Of a DNA stretch of 64,000 nt, positions 1-7,923 are shown one piece after another. The notes beneath the pieces were generated by a model that saw only the letters and a list, made by a program, of their open reading frames with translations, had not been told where the DNA came from and searched no databases. The stretch's first letter is position 1, and each line of letters begins with the position of its first letter. The stretch comes from Patescibacteria group bacterium (GTDB lineage: Bacteria; Patescibacteriota; Patescibacteriia; UBA1558; UBA10009), in NCBI GenBank assembly GCA_041662565.1, contig JBAZSE010000003.1, forward strand, positions 44,260 to 108,259. The letters run 5' to 3'. The position numbers and the translations under genes are program-made.

Positions 1-1
1 A

Positions 2-1201
2 AAATTCAAGGATTTAACCGAAGCAGCAATTTACGCCCAATACCCGGAAGCGGAAATTACCGAAGTTAATGATTACGTTAGTTTGATTCCCGAAGATATT
101 CATAAAGTTGAATCAGATTATGATGTTTGGGCTACCGAATTTACTTTGGCTAAACCCAGTGCCTATCCCATAAAAACCTATACGGCATTTGAGCACCAAT
201 TGGCTGAAAGTTTTATCGATCCGATGTCGGCTTTGTTGGAAGTAATGAGTAAAATCGGCCAAGGCGAGCAGCTAGGTCTTCAGCTGGTAATTACGCCGGT
301 TGACGACCATTGGAAACACAAAGGCGAAGCCATTGTTGAAGAATTGATTGGCGCCAAGGGCGCCAGCAAAAAGCATTTGGGAGATAAAATGGTAGATAGG
401 ATTTTAGGTGTTTTGGAAAAATTCAGTGAAGCCATATATAAAATGTGGGGCGATATTAAGACGGAAAAAGAATCACCCAATCCCAGTTTATACCAATTTT
501 TAACAGTCGGTCAAAAAAACGTAGTTGAAGCGATCGAAAACAAATTGGCCAAAATTTGTTTTTCCGCCAGTTTTAGGGTTTATTACCTGGCTCACAAGGA
601 TCATTTTAAAAAAAGCCGGGGTGTTAATACTGTTTTAGGCGCCATTAACCAATTTAATACCAGCAACCTTAACGCCTTTAAAAAATACGGTAAGTTAACC
701 ACTCATCGTGATTATTTTTTTGTGGAAAAACGAGTTAATCGGGTTAAAAAGAAATTATTAAAATACTACAAAACCCGTTCTCGCAAGGGCTCAACAGAAT
801 TTTATCTTTCAACCGAAGAAATCGCCACATTGTATCACTTTCCTAACATTACTGTTAAGGCCCCATTGCTCAAAAAATCCGATGTTAAAACAGCCGAACC
901 GCCAACCAGTTTGCCTATTGAATATTCCGAAACTCAAAACTTTTTTATGGCCAAAACTGCCCAGCCAAATTTAACCATTGCCGATTTGGGACATAAAAAA
1001 GACGACCCTCAAATCTTACCCGAAAAAGAAACCAAACCCGAAGAAAAATTTGTCATTACCGAAAGTTTGCCCGGTTATGATTTTGATAATGATTATTTTG
1101 AGCAGCATTTTGCCAAAAACAGAACAATAAGCAATGCAACGCCAATTAAAAAAGAATTAGACAAAACAGTGGAACCGCCGTCTAATTTACCAATTTCTTA
1201 A
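2..1201 (+). CDS. hypothetical protein, 5'-truncated at window edge (tracked ORF 83..1201 starts at an internal TTG; frame is open back to nt 2)
   Basis: No in-frame stop from nt 2. Hydrophilic and Lys/Glu-rich. C-terminal duplicated motif KT(A/V)EPP(T/S)(S/N)LPI. No family recognised by eye. Stop lies 9 nt before the next gene, suggesting co-transcription. Confidence 0.45.
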   Translation, partial: KFKDLTEAAIYAQYPEAEITEVNDYVSLIPEDIHKVESDYDVWATEFTLAKPSAYPIKTYTAFEHQLAESFIDPMSALLEVMSKIGQGEQLGLQLVITPVDDHWKHKGEAIVEELIGAKGASKKHLGDKMVDRILGVLEKFSEAIYKMWGDIKTEKESPNPSLYQFLTVGQKNVVEAIENKLAKICFSASFRVYYLAHKDHFKKSRGVNTVLGAINQFNTSNLNAFKKYGKLTTHRDYFFVEKRVNRVKKKLLKYYKTRSRKGSTEFYLSTEEIATLYHFPNITVKAPLLKKSDVKTAEPPTSLPIEYSETQNFFMAKTAQPNLTIADLGHKKDDPQILPEKETKPEEKFVITESLPGYDFDNDYFEQHFAKNRTISNATPIKKELDKTVEPPSNLPIS

Positions 1202-1210
1202 TTAAAACAA

Positions 1211-2884
1211 ATGACTACAACCTCATCACAAGTGACAATTTTTGCCAAAACCAATTATCGCCATCAAGAGGTAAAATTTGGCATTAAAACCGATGATCGG
1301 CGCAGACACATGTATTTGATCGGTAAAACCGGCATGGGCAAATCCGTTACTCTGGAAAACATGATTATCCAGGATATCCAGCACGGCCGGGGAGTGGCTG
1401 TTGTTGATCCGCACGGTGAATTGGTGGAAAAAATCATCAAATTTATACCACCCAACAGGGTTAACGATGTGGTTTATATCAATCCGGCAGATTTGAATTA
1501 TCCAGTGGCTTTTAACGTACTGGAAAGCGTTTCCGAAGAACATCGTCACTTGGTTGCTTCCGGTTTGCTTGGGGTTTTTCAAAAATTATGGGCTGAATCA
1601 TGGGGTCCTCGTTTGGAATATGTATTGAACAACGCCATTATGGCTTTATTGGAATATCCTGGCAGTACGCTTTTGGGAGTAATGAGATTATTAATCGATA
1701 AATCATTTAGACAAAAGGTAATTAATAACATTACCGATCCGATGATTAAATCATTTTGGGTCGAAGAATATTCAAAATATCCCGATAAATTTCAATCCGA
1801 AGCAATTGCTCCGATTCAAAACAAAGTCGGCAGGTTTTTGTCATCGCCGATGATTAGAAATATCGTTGGTCAGGTAAAGTCATCGGTTGATTTGCGAAAA
1901 ATAATGGATGAGGAAAAAATCCTGTTACTTAATTTATCCAAAGGCCGGATCGGTGAAGACAATTCTGCACTGTTGGGCGCTATGATTATTACCAAAATCC
2001 AGTTGGCCGCCATGAGCCGGGTAGAAATTCCGGAAAAAGACCGTAAGGATTTTTATCTATACGTTGATGAATTTCAAAATTTTGCCACAGAAAGTTTTGG
2101 CAATATTTTATCCGAGGCTCGCAAATACCGCTTAAATTTAATCATGGCTCATCAATACATGGAGCAATTAAGTGAAACTACCCGTTCGGCCGTATTTGGT
2201 AATGTAGGCACCATTGTTTGCTTTAGGGTAGGAGGCGAGGATGCGGAATTTTTGGCCAAAGAATTTACTCCGCGCTTTGAAGAGCAGGATTTGTTAAATT
2301 TGGGCAAATACAATATTTATTTAAAATTGATGATAGACGGGGTTGCTTCGGAGCCTTTTTCGGCAACAACTTTACCACCGGTGCCGGAAAGCGAAGAAGC
2401 GGATAACATGATGGAAAAAGTTGTTAAGGTTTCACGCGAACGCTACGCCACCAAACGCGAAATTATCGAAGAAAAAATCCTTCGTTGGAGCTCCATGAAT
2501 GATTCCGGAGACGAGCAAGAAAGAAAACAGGCGGTAAATGTAAAAAACCAAATTAAAACTTTTTCCAAAACCTCACAACCAACCAATCAAGCAAAGAACT
2601 CTCCCAAAAAACCTTTGTTTAAAGATACGGGCATTACTCATCCTGCGGTTTGCGATGCCTGCGGTGAAAAAACCGTTTTAAATTTTATACCTGATCCCAA
2701 AAAACCGATCTATTGCAAAACTTGCTTAAAAAACTTAAGACAGGTAAAATCAGAAAACAGTCCAAAATCAGCACTTTCTGAAGAGCTTTTAAGCCAAAAA
2801 CCCTTAACTCTCAACGAAGCCATGGGTAAGGCGCCACAAAGCTTTAAAAATAGCGCCAATAACGTTAATTTAAGCCGGGAATAA
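1211..2884 (+). CDS. type IV secretion coupling-protein-like (TraD/TrwB/VirD4 superfamily) P-loop ATPase, soluble, with C-terminal zinc ribbon
   Basis: Walker A RHMYLIGKTGMGKSV at residues ~33-47. Walker B hhhhDE = YLYVDEFQNF about 250 aa later, a spacing compatible with an inserted all-alpha domain. RKYRLNLIMAHQ motif. No N-terminal TM segment. Ser/Lys-rich tail with C-x2-C-x17-C-x2-C (CDACGEKTV...YCKTC). Confidence 0.6.
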   Translation: MTTTSSQVTIFAKTNYRHQEVKFGIKTDDRRRHMYLIGKTGMGKSVTLENMIIQDIQHGRGVAVVDPHGELVEKIIKFIPPNRVNDVVYINPADLNYPVAFNVLESVSEEHRHLVASGLLGVFQKLWAESWGPRLEYVLNNAIMALLEYPGSTLLGVMRLLIDKSFRQKVINNITDPMIKSFWVEEYSKYPDKFQSEAIAPIQNKVGRFLSSPMIRNIVGQVKSSVDLRKIMDEEKILLLNLSKGRIGEDNSALLGAMIITKIQLAAMSRVEIPEKDRKDFYLYVDEFQNFATESFGNILSEARKYRLNLIMAHQYMEQLSETTRSAVFGNVGTIVCFRVGGEDAEFLAKEFTPRFEEQDLLNLGKYNIYLKLMIDGVASEPFSATTLPPVPESEEADNMMEKVVKVSRERYATKREIIEEKILRWSSMNDSGDEQERKQAVNVKNQIKTFSKTSQPTNQAKNSPKKPLFKDTGITHPAVCDACGEKTVLNFIPDPKKPIYCKTCLKNLRQVKSENSPKSALSEELLSQKPLTLNEAMGKAPQSFKNSANNVNLSRE

Positions 2885-2890
2885 ATCTTA

Positions 2891-4405
2891 ATGTTAAAAT
2901 TCTTTTTGGTTTTAAAATCCAAATTTTTTGCTAATCCAAACAGAGTTTGGGAGATTTTACCAGGCAGTATTACCTGGTTGACTTTTATTTTAGCCATAGT
3001 ATTTTCCATTTGGTTGCCGATTTGGGCAATTTATTTTATTATTGTTTTTGATCTTTTTTGGCTGCTTAAAGTTTTTTATTTGGTCATTAATCAAGTAACC
3101 TCGTGGTTTATTTTTAAAAAACAAGTCAAAATCAATTGGCTGGAAAAATTAAAAGGAGTTACCGCTAAAAATTGGCAGGATTATTATCATGTTATTTTTT
3201 TACCAACGTATAAAGAGCCCTTTGAAGTTATTGAACGAACTTTTATTTCTTTAGCTAAAGCGGTTTATGAACCGCAAAAATTTATTGTAGTTTTGGCAGG
3301 CGAAGAACGTGATCAAGAAAATTTTTTATCCTTTGCCGATAAAATTATCGAAAAATACTCCGGTCTGTTTTTAAAAATTTTGGTTACGGTTCATCCTAAA
3401 GATTTACCAGGCGAAATTCAGGGTAAGGCATCAAATATTAATTATGCCGGACATAAAGTTCAAGAGATAATTGACCAATTAAATATTCCTTACGAAAATG
3501 TTATTGTTTCGTCTTTTGACATTGATACTTGCCCGCACCCACAATATTTCAGCTATTTGGCTTACAAATATTTAACCCATCCCAAACCAACCAGAGTCAG
3601 TTACCAACCCATAGCCATTTACCACAACAATATTTGGCAATCCGATCCTTTAACCAGGGTGGTGGCCAATTCTACCACTTTTTGGCTGATGACCGATTTA
3701 GCCAGATCGGACCGTTTGTTTACTTTTTCTTCGCACTCCATGAGTTTTAGAGCTTTGGTTGATGTTGGCTTTTGGGAAAAAGATATTGTTTCCGAGGATT
3801 CGCGAATATTTTTGCAATGCTTGCTAAAATATGATGGAGATTATCAGGTCGAACCGATGTATATACCTGTTTCCATGAATACCGTTTCCACTGGTAAATT
3901 CTGGAAAGCTATGTCCGATCAATACAAACAAATGCGCCGCTGGGCCTGGGGCGTAGAGCATATCCCATACATGATGAAAAGATTTAAGGATCACCCCAAA
4001 ATGCCTTTTAAACTTAAATTTAAGCACTTTTTTAACCAAATGGAAGGAATGTGGTCTTGGGCCACCGCTCCTATTTTAATAACGGTAATGGGCCGTTTAC
4101 CACTCTTAATGGCTCCAAAAGGTATTCAATCAACCGCCATAGCCCAAATGGCCCCCCTAATTTTGGAAAAAATCATGACATTTGCCCTCGTAGGCCTTGC
4201 TTTAAACGCTATTTTAAGCACAATTTTAATGCCCGAACGGCCCAAAGGAAACAAATGGTACACCAAACTGGTTATGCTTTTAGAATGGGTATTATTCCCA
4301 GTTACCATGATAGTTTTTGGATCAATTCCGGCAACCGAAGCGCAAACCCGCTTAATGCTTGGCGGAAAATACCGCTTGGGTTTTTGGGTAACTGAAAAAA
4401 AATAA
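2891..4405 (+). CDS. membrane-embedded processive family-2 glycosyltransferase (cellulose/chitin/hyaluronan-synthase-like)
   Basis: N-terminal and C-terminal TM helices. D,D motifs (SFDIDT). QxxRW motif (QYKQMRRWAWG) diagnostic of processive GT2 synthases. Confidence 0.7.
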   Translation: MLKFFLVLKSKFFANPNRVWEILPGSITWLTFILAIVFSIWLPIWAIYFIIVFDLFWLLKVFYLVINQVTSWFIFKKQVKINWLEKLKGVTAKNWQDYYHVIFLPTYKEPFEVIERTFISLAKAVYEPQKFIVVLAGEERDQENFLSFADKIIEKYSGLFLKILVTVHPKDLPGEIQGKASNINYAGHKVQEIIDQLNIPYENVIVSSFDIDTCPHPQYFSYLAYKYLTHPKPTRVSYQPIAIYHNNIWQSDPLTRVVANSTTFWLMTDLARSDRLFTFSSHSMSFRALVDVGFWEKDIVSEDSRIFLQCLLKYDGDYQVEPMYIPVSMNTVSTGKFWKAMSDQYKQMRRWAWGVEHIPYMMKRFKDHPKMPFKLKFKHFFNQMEGMWSWATAPILITVMGRLPLLMAPKGIQSTAIAQMAPLILEKIMTFALVGLALNAILSTILMPERPKGNKWYTKLVMLLEWVLFPVTMIVFGSIPATEAQTRLMLGGKYRLGFWVTEKK

Positions 4406-4452
4406 TTTTAATAAAAAATGGCTTGCCAACTCCTGTACGGAATAGGCAAGCC
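4406..4452 (-). terminator. rho-independent terminator for the GC-rich gene
   Basis: Hairpin GGCTTGCC-N17-GGCAAGCC (4420..4452). On the minus strand it is followed by AUUUUUUAUUAAAA. Confidence 0.5.
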
Positions 4453-4474
4453 AAGGTGGACTTATTGCTTTGCT

Positions 4475-5170
4475 CTATCTGAGCTCAAAGCTGACCTCCT
4501 GGATCAAGCAGCCACTGTTTTTGAGCAACCTCTCATCAAGAATGCTCGTCAGTTCTAAGAACAATGGCCTTTGATCATCGTAGTTAGGTAAAGCAGTAGC
4601 CAAGCGTTGGCGATTTTTTTCCGCCCAGAGAGCGAGATAAAATTGAATCACCCCAGATAGAGAGCCGTAGCTCGCTATCTCTTTTTTAAACCCCCTCCAA
4701 AGTAAGTATCTTTCGAGGTCGCCAGACGAGTTCATTTTCAACCGACAGACGATGCGAGCTGATTCATTGACTTGGTTAGAAACTTCACCGAGGTAGAACA
4801 TGAAGGCGTAATCCTGTTCTTGGTAGGATTCAATCGACCGCCAATCTTTCAACCGGCTGTCCCACTTCCAGAGCAGACCTCCCTTTGGCATGACCGCGTT
4901 GACCTGGCCGAAGGAATTGAAGATGATGCTTTCAGAATCAACTGACACTGTCAGGTATTTTCGTGGCGCCATGTAAAGTAGCCACGTGAAAATAAGAAAC
5001 AATACAGTCAGAAGCATAAGTCCTGCGTTTTCGCCCTGCTGTAGCGCCGCCGATTGCTGTGTTTGCGGTAGAGACACTATGTCCCTGATAAAAACCGCGA
5101 AAAAGCAGAGCGGAACAATTAACAAAACCAGCCGAACGTGGTTGCGAAAAAATCCAGAGATGGATTTCAT
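4475..5170 (-). CDS. hypothetical two-TM membrane protein encoded on a GC-rich (~47%) island
   Basis: ORF with two N-terminal hydrophobic helices and a ~160 aa soluble tail. Sampled GC is 42-53% against ~33-38% in the flanks. Codon choice differs (CTG/GCC/CGC-rich). Sits downstream of def-fmt on the same strand with its own terminator. Confidence 0.55.
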   Translation of the reverse strand: MKSISGFFRNHVRLVLLIVPLCFFAVFIRDIVSLPQTQQSAALQQGENAGLMLLTVLFLIFTWLLYMAPRKYLTVSVDSESIIFNSFGQVNAVMPKGGLLWKWDSRLKDWRSIESYQEQDYAFMFYLGEVSNQVNESARIVCRLKMNSSGDLERYLLWRGFKKEIASYGSLSGVIQFYLALWAEKNRQRLATALPNYDDQRPLFLELTSILDERLLKNSGCLIQEVSFELR

Positions 5171-5249
5171 TTGATGATCCTTTCGGAATTTGGATTGTTG
5201 GATTGAAGGTGCTTTACAAAAGCAACTTTACCTTATGCTAAAGATAAAA

Positions 5250-6179
5250 TCAATCTCGTAAATAACCGTTAATAAATTCTTTAGCTGTCATTTCTTTTTT
5301 TCCTTCCGGTTGCAATTTTTCTATCAATAACGCGCCGTGGCCACATTGAATATATAATTTTCCATTATCTACCTGTAGCTGACCAATTAAATTGGATATA
5401 CTTTCAACGGCTTGGGCAGATATTATTTTAGCAGTTTTAAGTTTTAAGTTTTTACTTTTTAGCTCTGTATAGCTTCCTGGCCACTGCGCATAAGCCCTAA
5501 TCTGCCGTTCAATTTGATCTGCACTGTTTTGCCAATCTATTTTGCCGTCTTCCTTATTGATAATTTTACAAAAAGTAGCTTCAGTATTATTTTGAGGTTC
5601 TAACCTAATTTTTCCAGCCAAATAATCCGGTAATGTTTCTACCAGCAATTTTGCTCCCAATCCAGCTAATCTTTCGGATAAACTTTGGTAATTATCATCA
5701 GCTTTAAGTTTTAAGTTTTGAGTTATAAGTTTTGAACCATGATCCATTTTCTCATCCAATTTAATAATGGATACTCCTGTTTCTTTGTCACCATTTAATA
5801 TCGCCGACTGAATGGGGGATGGACCGCGGTACTTTGGCAATAACGATGGATGGATATTTAAAACTCCCAATGGAAATAAATCCAAAATTTCCTGGGGAAT
5901 AATTTTTCCGTAAGCAACCACAATTCCCAGATCAGGTTTTAGTGTTTCAATCTTTAATCTTAAATCTTTTAAATTTTCACAAACTTCTAAACCAAGCATT
6001 TTTGCCTCAACCTTAATTGCTGTTGGCGTTAAAATTTGCTTTCTACCGATTAACTGATCAATTTGAGTTATAACCAAAACAACATTATAGTCATTTTGAA
6101 GTAGGGCCCTTAATGCAGGAACCGCAAACTCGGGAGTACCAAAAAAAAATATCCTTTGCTTTAAATTATTTTTCGTCAT
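5250..6179 (-). CDS. fmt: methionyl-tRNA formyltransferase
   Basis: NIHPSLLPKYRGPSPIQ formyltransferase motif. C-terminal Fmt domain. Overlaps def in the canonical def-fmt arrangement. SD AAGGAG upstream. Confidence 0.9.
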   Translation of the reverse strand: MTKNNLKQRIFFFGTPEFAVPALRALLQNDYNVVLVITQIDQLIGRKQILTPTAIKVEAKMLGLEVCENLKDLRLKIETLKPDLGIVVAYGKIIPQEILDLFPLGVLNIHPSLLPKYRGPSPIQSAILNGDKETGVSIIKLDEKMDHGSKLITQNLKLKADDNYQSLSERLAGLGAKLLVETLPDYLAGKIRLEPQNNTEATFCKIINKEDGKIDWQNSADQIERQIRAYAQWPGSYTELKSKNLKLKTAKIISAQAVESISNLIGQLQVDNGKLYIQCGHGALLIEKLQPEGKKEMTAKEFINGYLRD

Positions 6180-6666
6180 TTTTTGCTCCTTTTATCCATT
6201 CTTTAACTTTATGTTCGCCTTTGGTGTATTTAAAAATCTTATCAATAAACAAAATACCGTTAACATGATCTATCTCGTGCTGCAATACTCTGGCGAGTAA
6301 ACCTTTGGCTCGCAAAAATCTTAAACGGCCATTTTCATCGCGGTAAAACAACCAAACTTTTTCCGGGCGTTTTACCAAGCCGTAAACATTCATAAAAGAT
6401 AAACAACCCTCTTCCATGACGGTTTTATTCAAAGATTTCCAGCAAATAACCGGATTAATAAAGGCCTTAGGGCCGCCATCATGGTTAACAACCAAAACTT
6501 GCCAATCTTTACCCAATTGATTGGCCGCCAATCCCAAACCATCAGCGCTTAACATGGTTTCACCCAATTCTTTAATAAAAGATTGTACCTCGGAAGAGGC
6601 GATATTGGTAATTTTTTTTGATTTTTTCCGCAAAATTTTACTTGGATATTTAACAATTTCCAACAT
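6166..6666 (-). CDS. def: peptide deformylase
   Basis: GLAANQLG, EGCLS and HEIDH motifs. Confidence 0.9.
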   Translation of the reverse strand: MLEIVKYPSKILRKKSKKITNIASSEVQSFIKELGETMLSADGLGLAANQLGKDWQVLVVNHDGGPKAFINPVICWKSLNKTVMEEGCLSFMNVYGLVKRPEKVWLFYRDENGRLRFLRAKGLLARVLQHEIDHVNGILFIDKIFKYTKGEHKVKEWIKGAKNDEK

Positions 6667-6778
6667 AATGTTCTATTAAATTATTGATTATAAATTATAC
6701 CCCAATTTTACAGTTAAATCAAGCTGTTGCCTTTAAGCTTCATCTGCTATAATTCTACTATAATTAAACAAAAAAGTA

Positions 6779-7066
6779 ATGTCCGAATCAGACAATTTTA
6801 CCAAACTAGGGGATTTGCTTAAAAACAAGCAAACCGTTAAAGGCCCGGCCTATCCTTGGCAGGATTTGGCTTTAAAAATTATCAGTGATTTAAATGTTCC
6901 GGCTTTCAAAAAAAGCGCTGTTTTTAAGGTTTGCAGGGATTTGCCCCAGCAACATATTGTCCAAGCCCTAATTGACACCAAGGAACTCTGCCAAACCGGC
7001 CAAAAATGGAAATATTTTTTTAAGATCACTTCTGGTAAGCATGATGAAATAAAAGACCCTTCTTAA
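6779..7066 (+). CDS. hypothetical small protein (95 aa)
   Basis: Isolated plus-strand ORF between minus-strand genes. Upstream TTGCCT-N15-TATAAT-like promoter. Downstream hairpin plus T-run. Confidence 0.45.
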   Translation: MSESDNFTKLGDLLKNKQTVKGPAYPWQDLALKIISDLNVPAFKKSAVFKVCRDLPQQHIVQALIDTKELCQTGQKWKYFFKITSGKHDEIKDPS

Positions 7067-7081
7067 ACGAAGGGCTTTTTG
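7054..7081 (+). terminator. rho-independent terminator
   Basis: CCCTTC-ttaaac-GAAGGG followed by CTTTTT. The stop codon lies in the loop. Confidence 0.5.
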
Positions 7082-7098
7082 TTACAACATTATTACTT

Positions 7099-7911
7099 TT
7101 AGATCTCTAAATTTGCCACCAAATAACCAACACCAACGGAATCATCATAACTTAAAATATTGGTTTTAAAATTAATTTCTTCCAAAGCTCCTAGCAAAAC
7201 CAAAATTGATTGATAACCGCATTGGCCGGAAGATTCCAGTAATTCAGAGCTTAATTCTTTAAATGATTCAATGTTTTTTTCTTTAAGGCAATTAACAACC
7301 TTTTGATCAAAAATCTTTCCTTCGGGCGAATATCCGTCGGGTGAACTCTTTTTTAAACGGTGCGAAAGATCAGCCGAGGCAATAATGGCGATTCTTTTGG
7401 AACTGGTTTCGGCTATTTTACGGATTGCTCTGCCCAACGACAAATGATTATCTCTGGATAGCAAAGAAAAACTCATTGGTATAACCAAGAGGTTTTTTAA
7501 ATGAGAAGTTAAATACCACAATGGTATGCCCGAACCATAATCGATTTTTTCTTCACTGTTTAAAACCAAAGGCATACTGCTTTCTAACGATTCCTTTAAT
7601 TGATAACCTAAAGCCAAATCATTTTTATATTCGGCCTTGGTATCCAAATCGCCGAATTCCGAAAAATCGGTTTTTAAAACCGGCGAATGATTAATCACAA
7701 AAGCATCTTTCATCATCGGCCCATGGGGGGAAATAATAATTAAAGTATCGGGTTTGGAAGCGTACAATTCCTGTTCCAACAGCAAAAAGGCCTTTTTGGT
7801 TTTGGGACATGACTTAACGGTGCCGGAAATATTTTGAGATAATTTATCTTTACTTAAAGCGGGGATTAAAACAGGTGGATGAGGAGTAATGGCGGCAAAA
7901 ACTAAAGGCAT
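7099..7911 (-). CDS. class III extradiol dioxygenase subunit B-like protein (LigB/YgiD/MEMO1-like fold)
   Basis: ITPHPPVL, IIISPHGP, DYGSGIPLWYL and IIASADLSHRL segments parallel the His-containing motifs of YgiD/LigB-type proteins. Could alternatively be an AmmeMemoRadiSam-B-type protein. Confidence 0.55.
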   Translation of the reverse strand: MPLVFAAITPHPPVLIPALSKDKLSQNISGTVKSCPKTKKAFLLLEQELYASKPDTLIIISPHGPMMKDAFVINHSPVLKTDFSEFGDLDTKAEYKNDLALGYQLKESLESSMPLVLNSEEKIDYGSGIPLWYLTSHLKNLLVIPMSFSLLSRDNHLSLGRAIRKIAETSSKRIAIIASADLSHRLKKSSPDGYSPEGKIFDQKVVNCLKEKNIESFKELSSELLESSGQCGYQSILVLLGALEEINFKTNILSYDDSVGVGYLVANLEI

Positions 7912-7923
7912 AAAATAAATGAT

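Noticed and set aside
1226-1582. Minus-strand ORFs (1226..1582, 1264..1455) inside the T4CP-like ATPase gene
   Set aside because: They lie entirely antisense within a gene that has strong protein motifs. They have no independent signals and look like frame-shadow ORFs. The same applies to 280..480, 3529..3750, 3824..4039, 4051..4395, 4126..4308, 8596..9207, 12013..12303, 14108..14326, 18359..18541, 19171..19398, 22319..22546, 24233..24467, 25258..25473, 26835..27102, 28052..28327, 29594..29896, 32229..32683, 33049..33342, 33723..33944, 34161..34364, 34844..35203, 36173..36668, 37572..37775, 38203..38448, 39044..39665, 40579..40806, 47426..47810, 49982..50224, 50450..51073, 52620..52820, 58768..59421, 62262..62447, 63056..63280 and 63593..63808.
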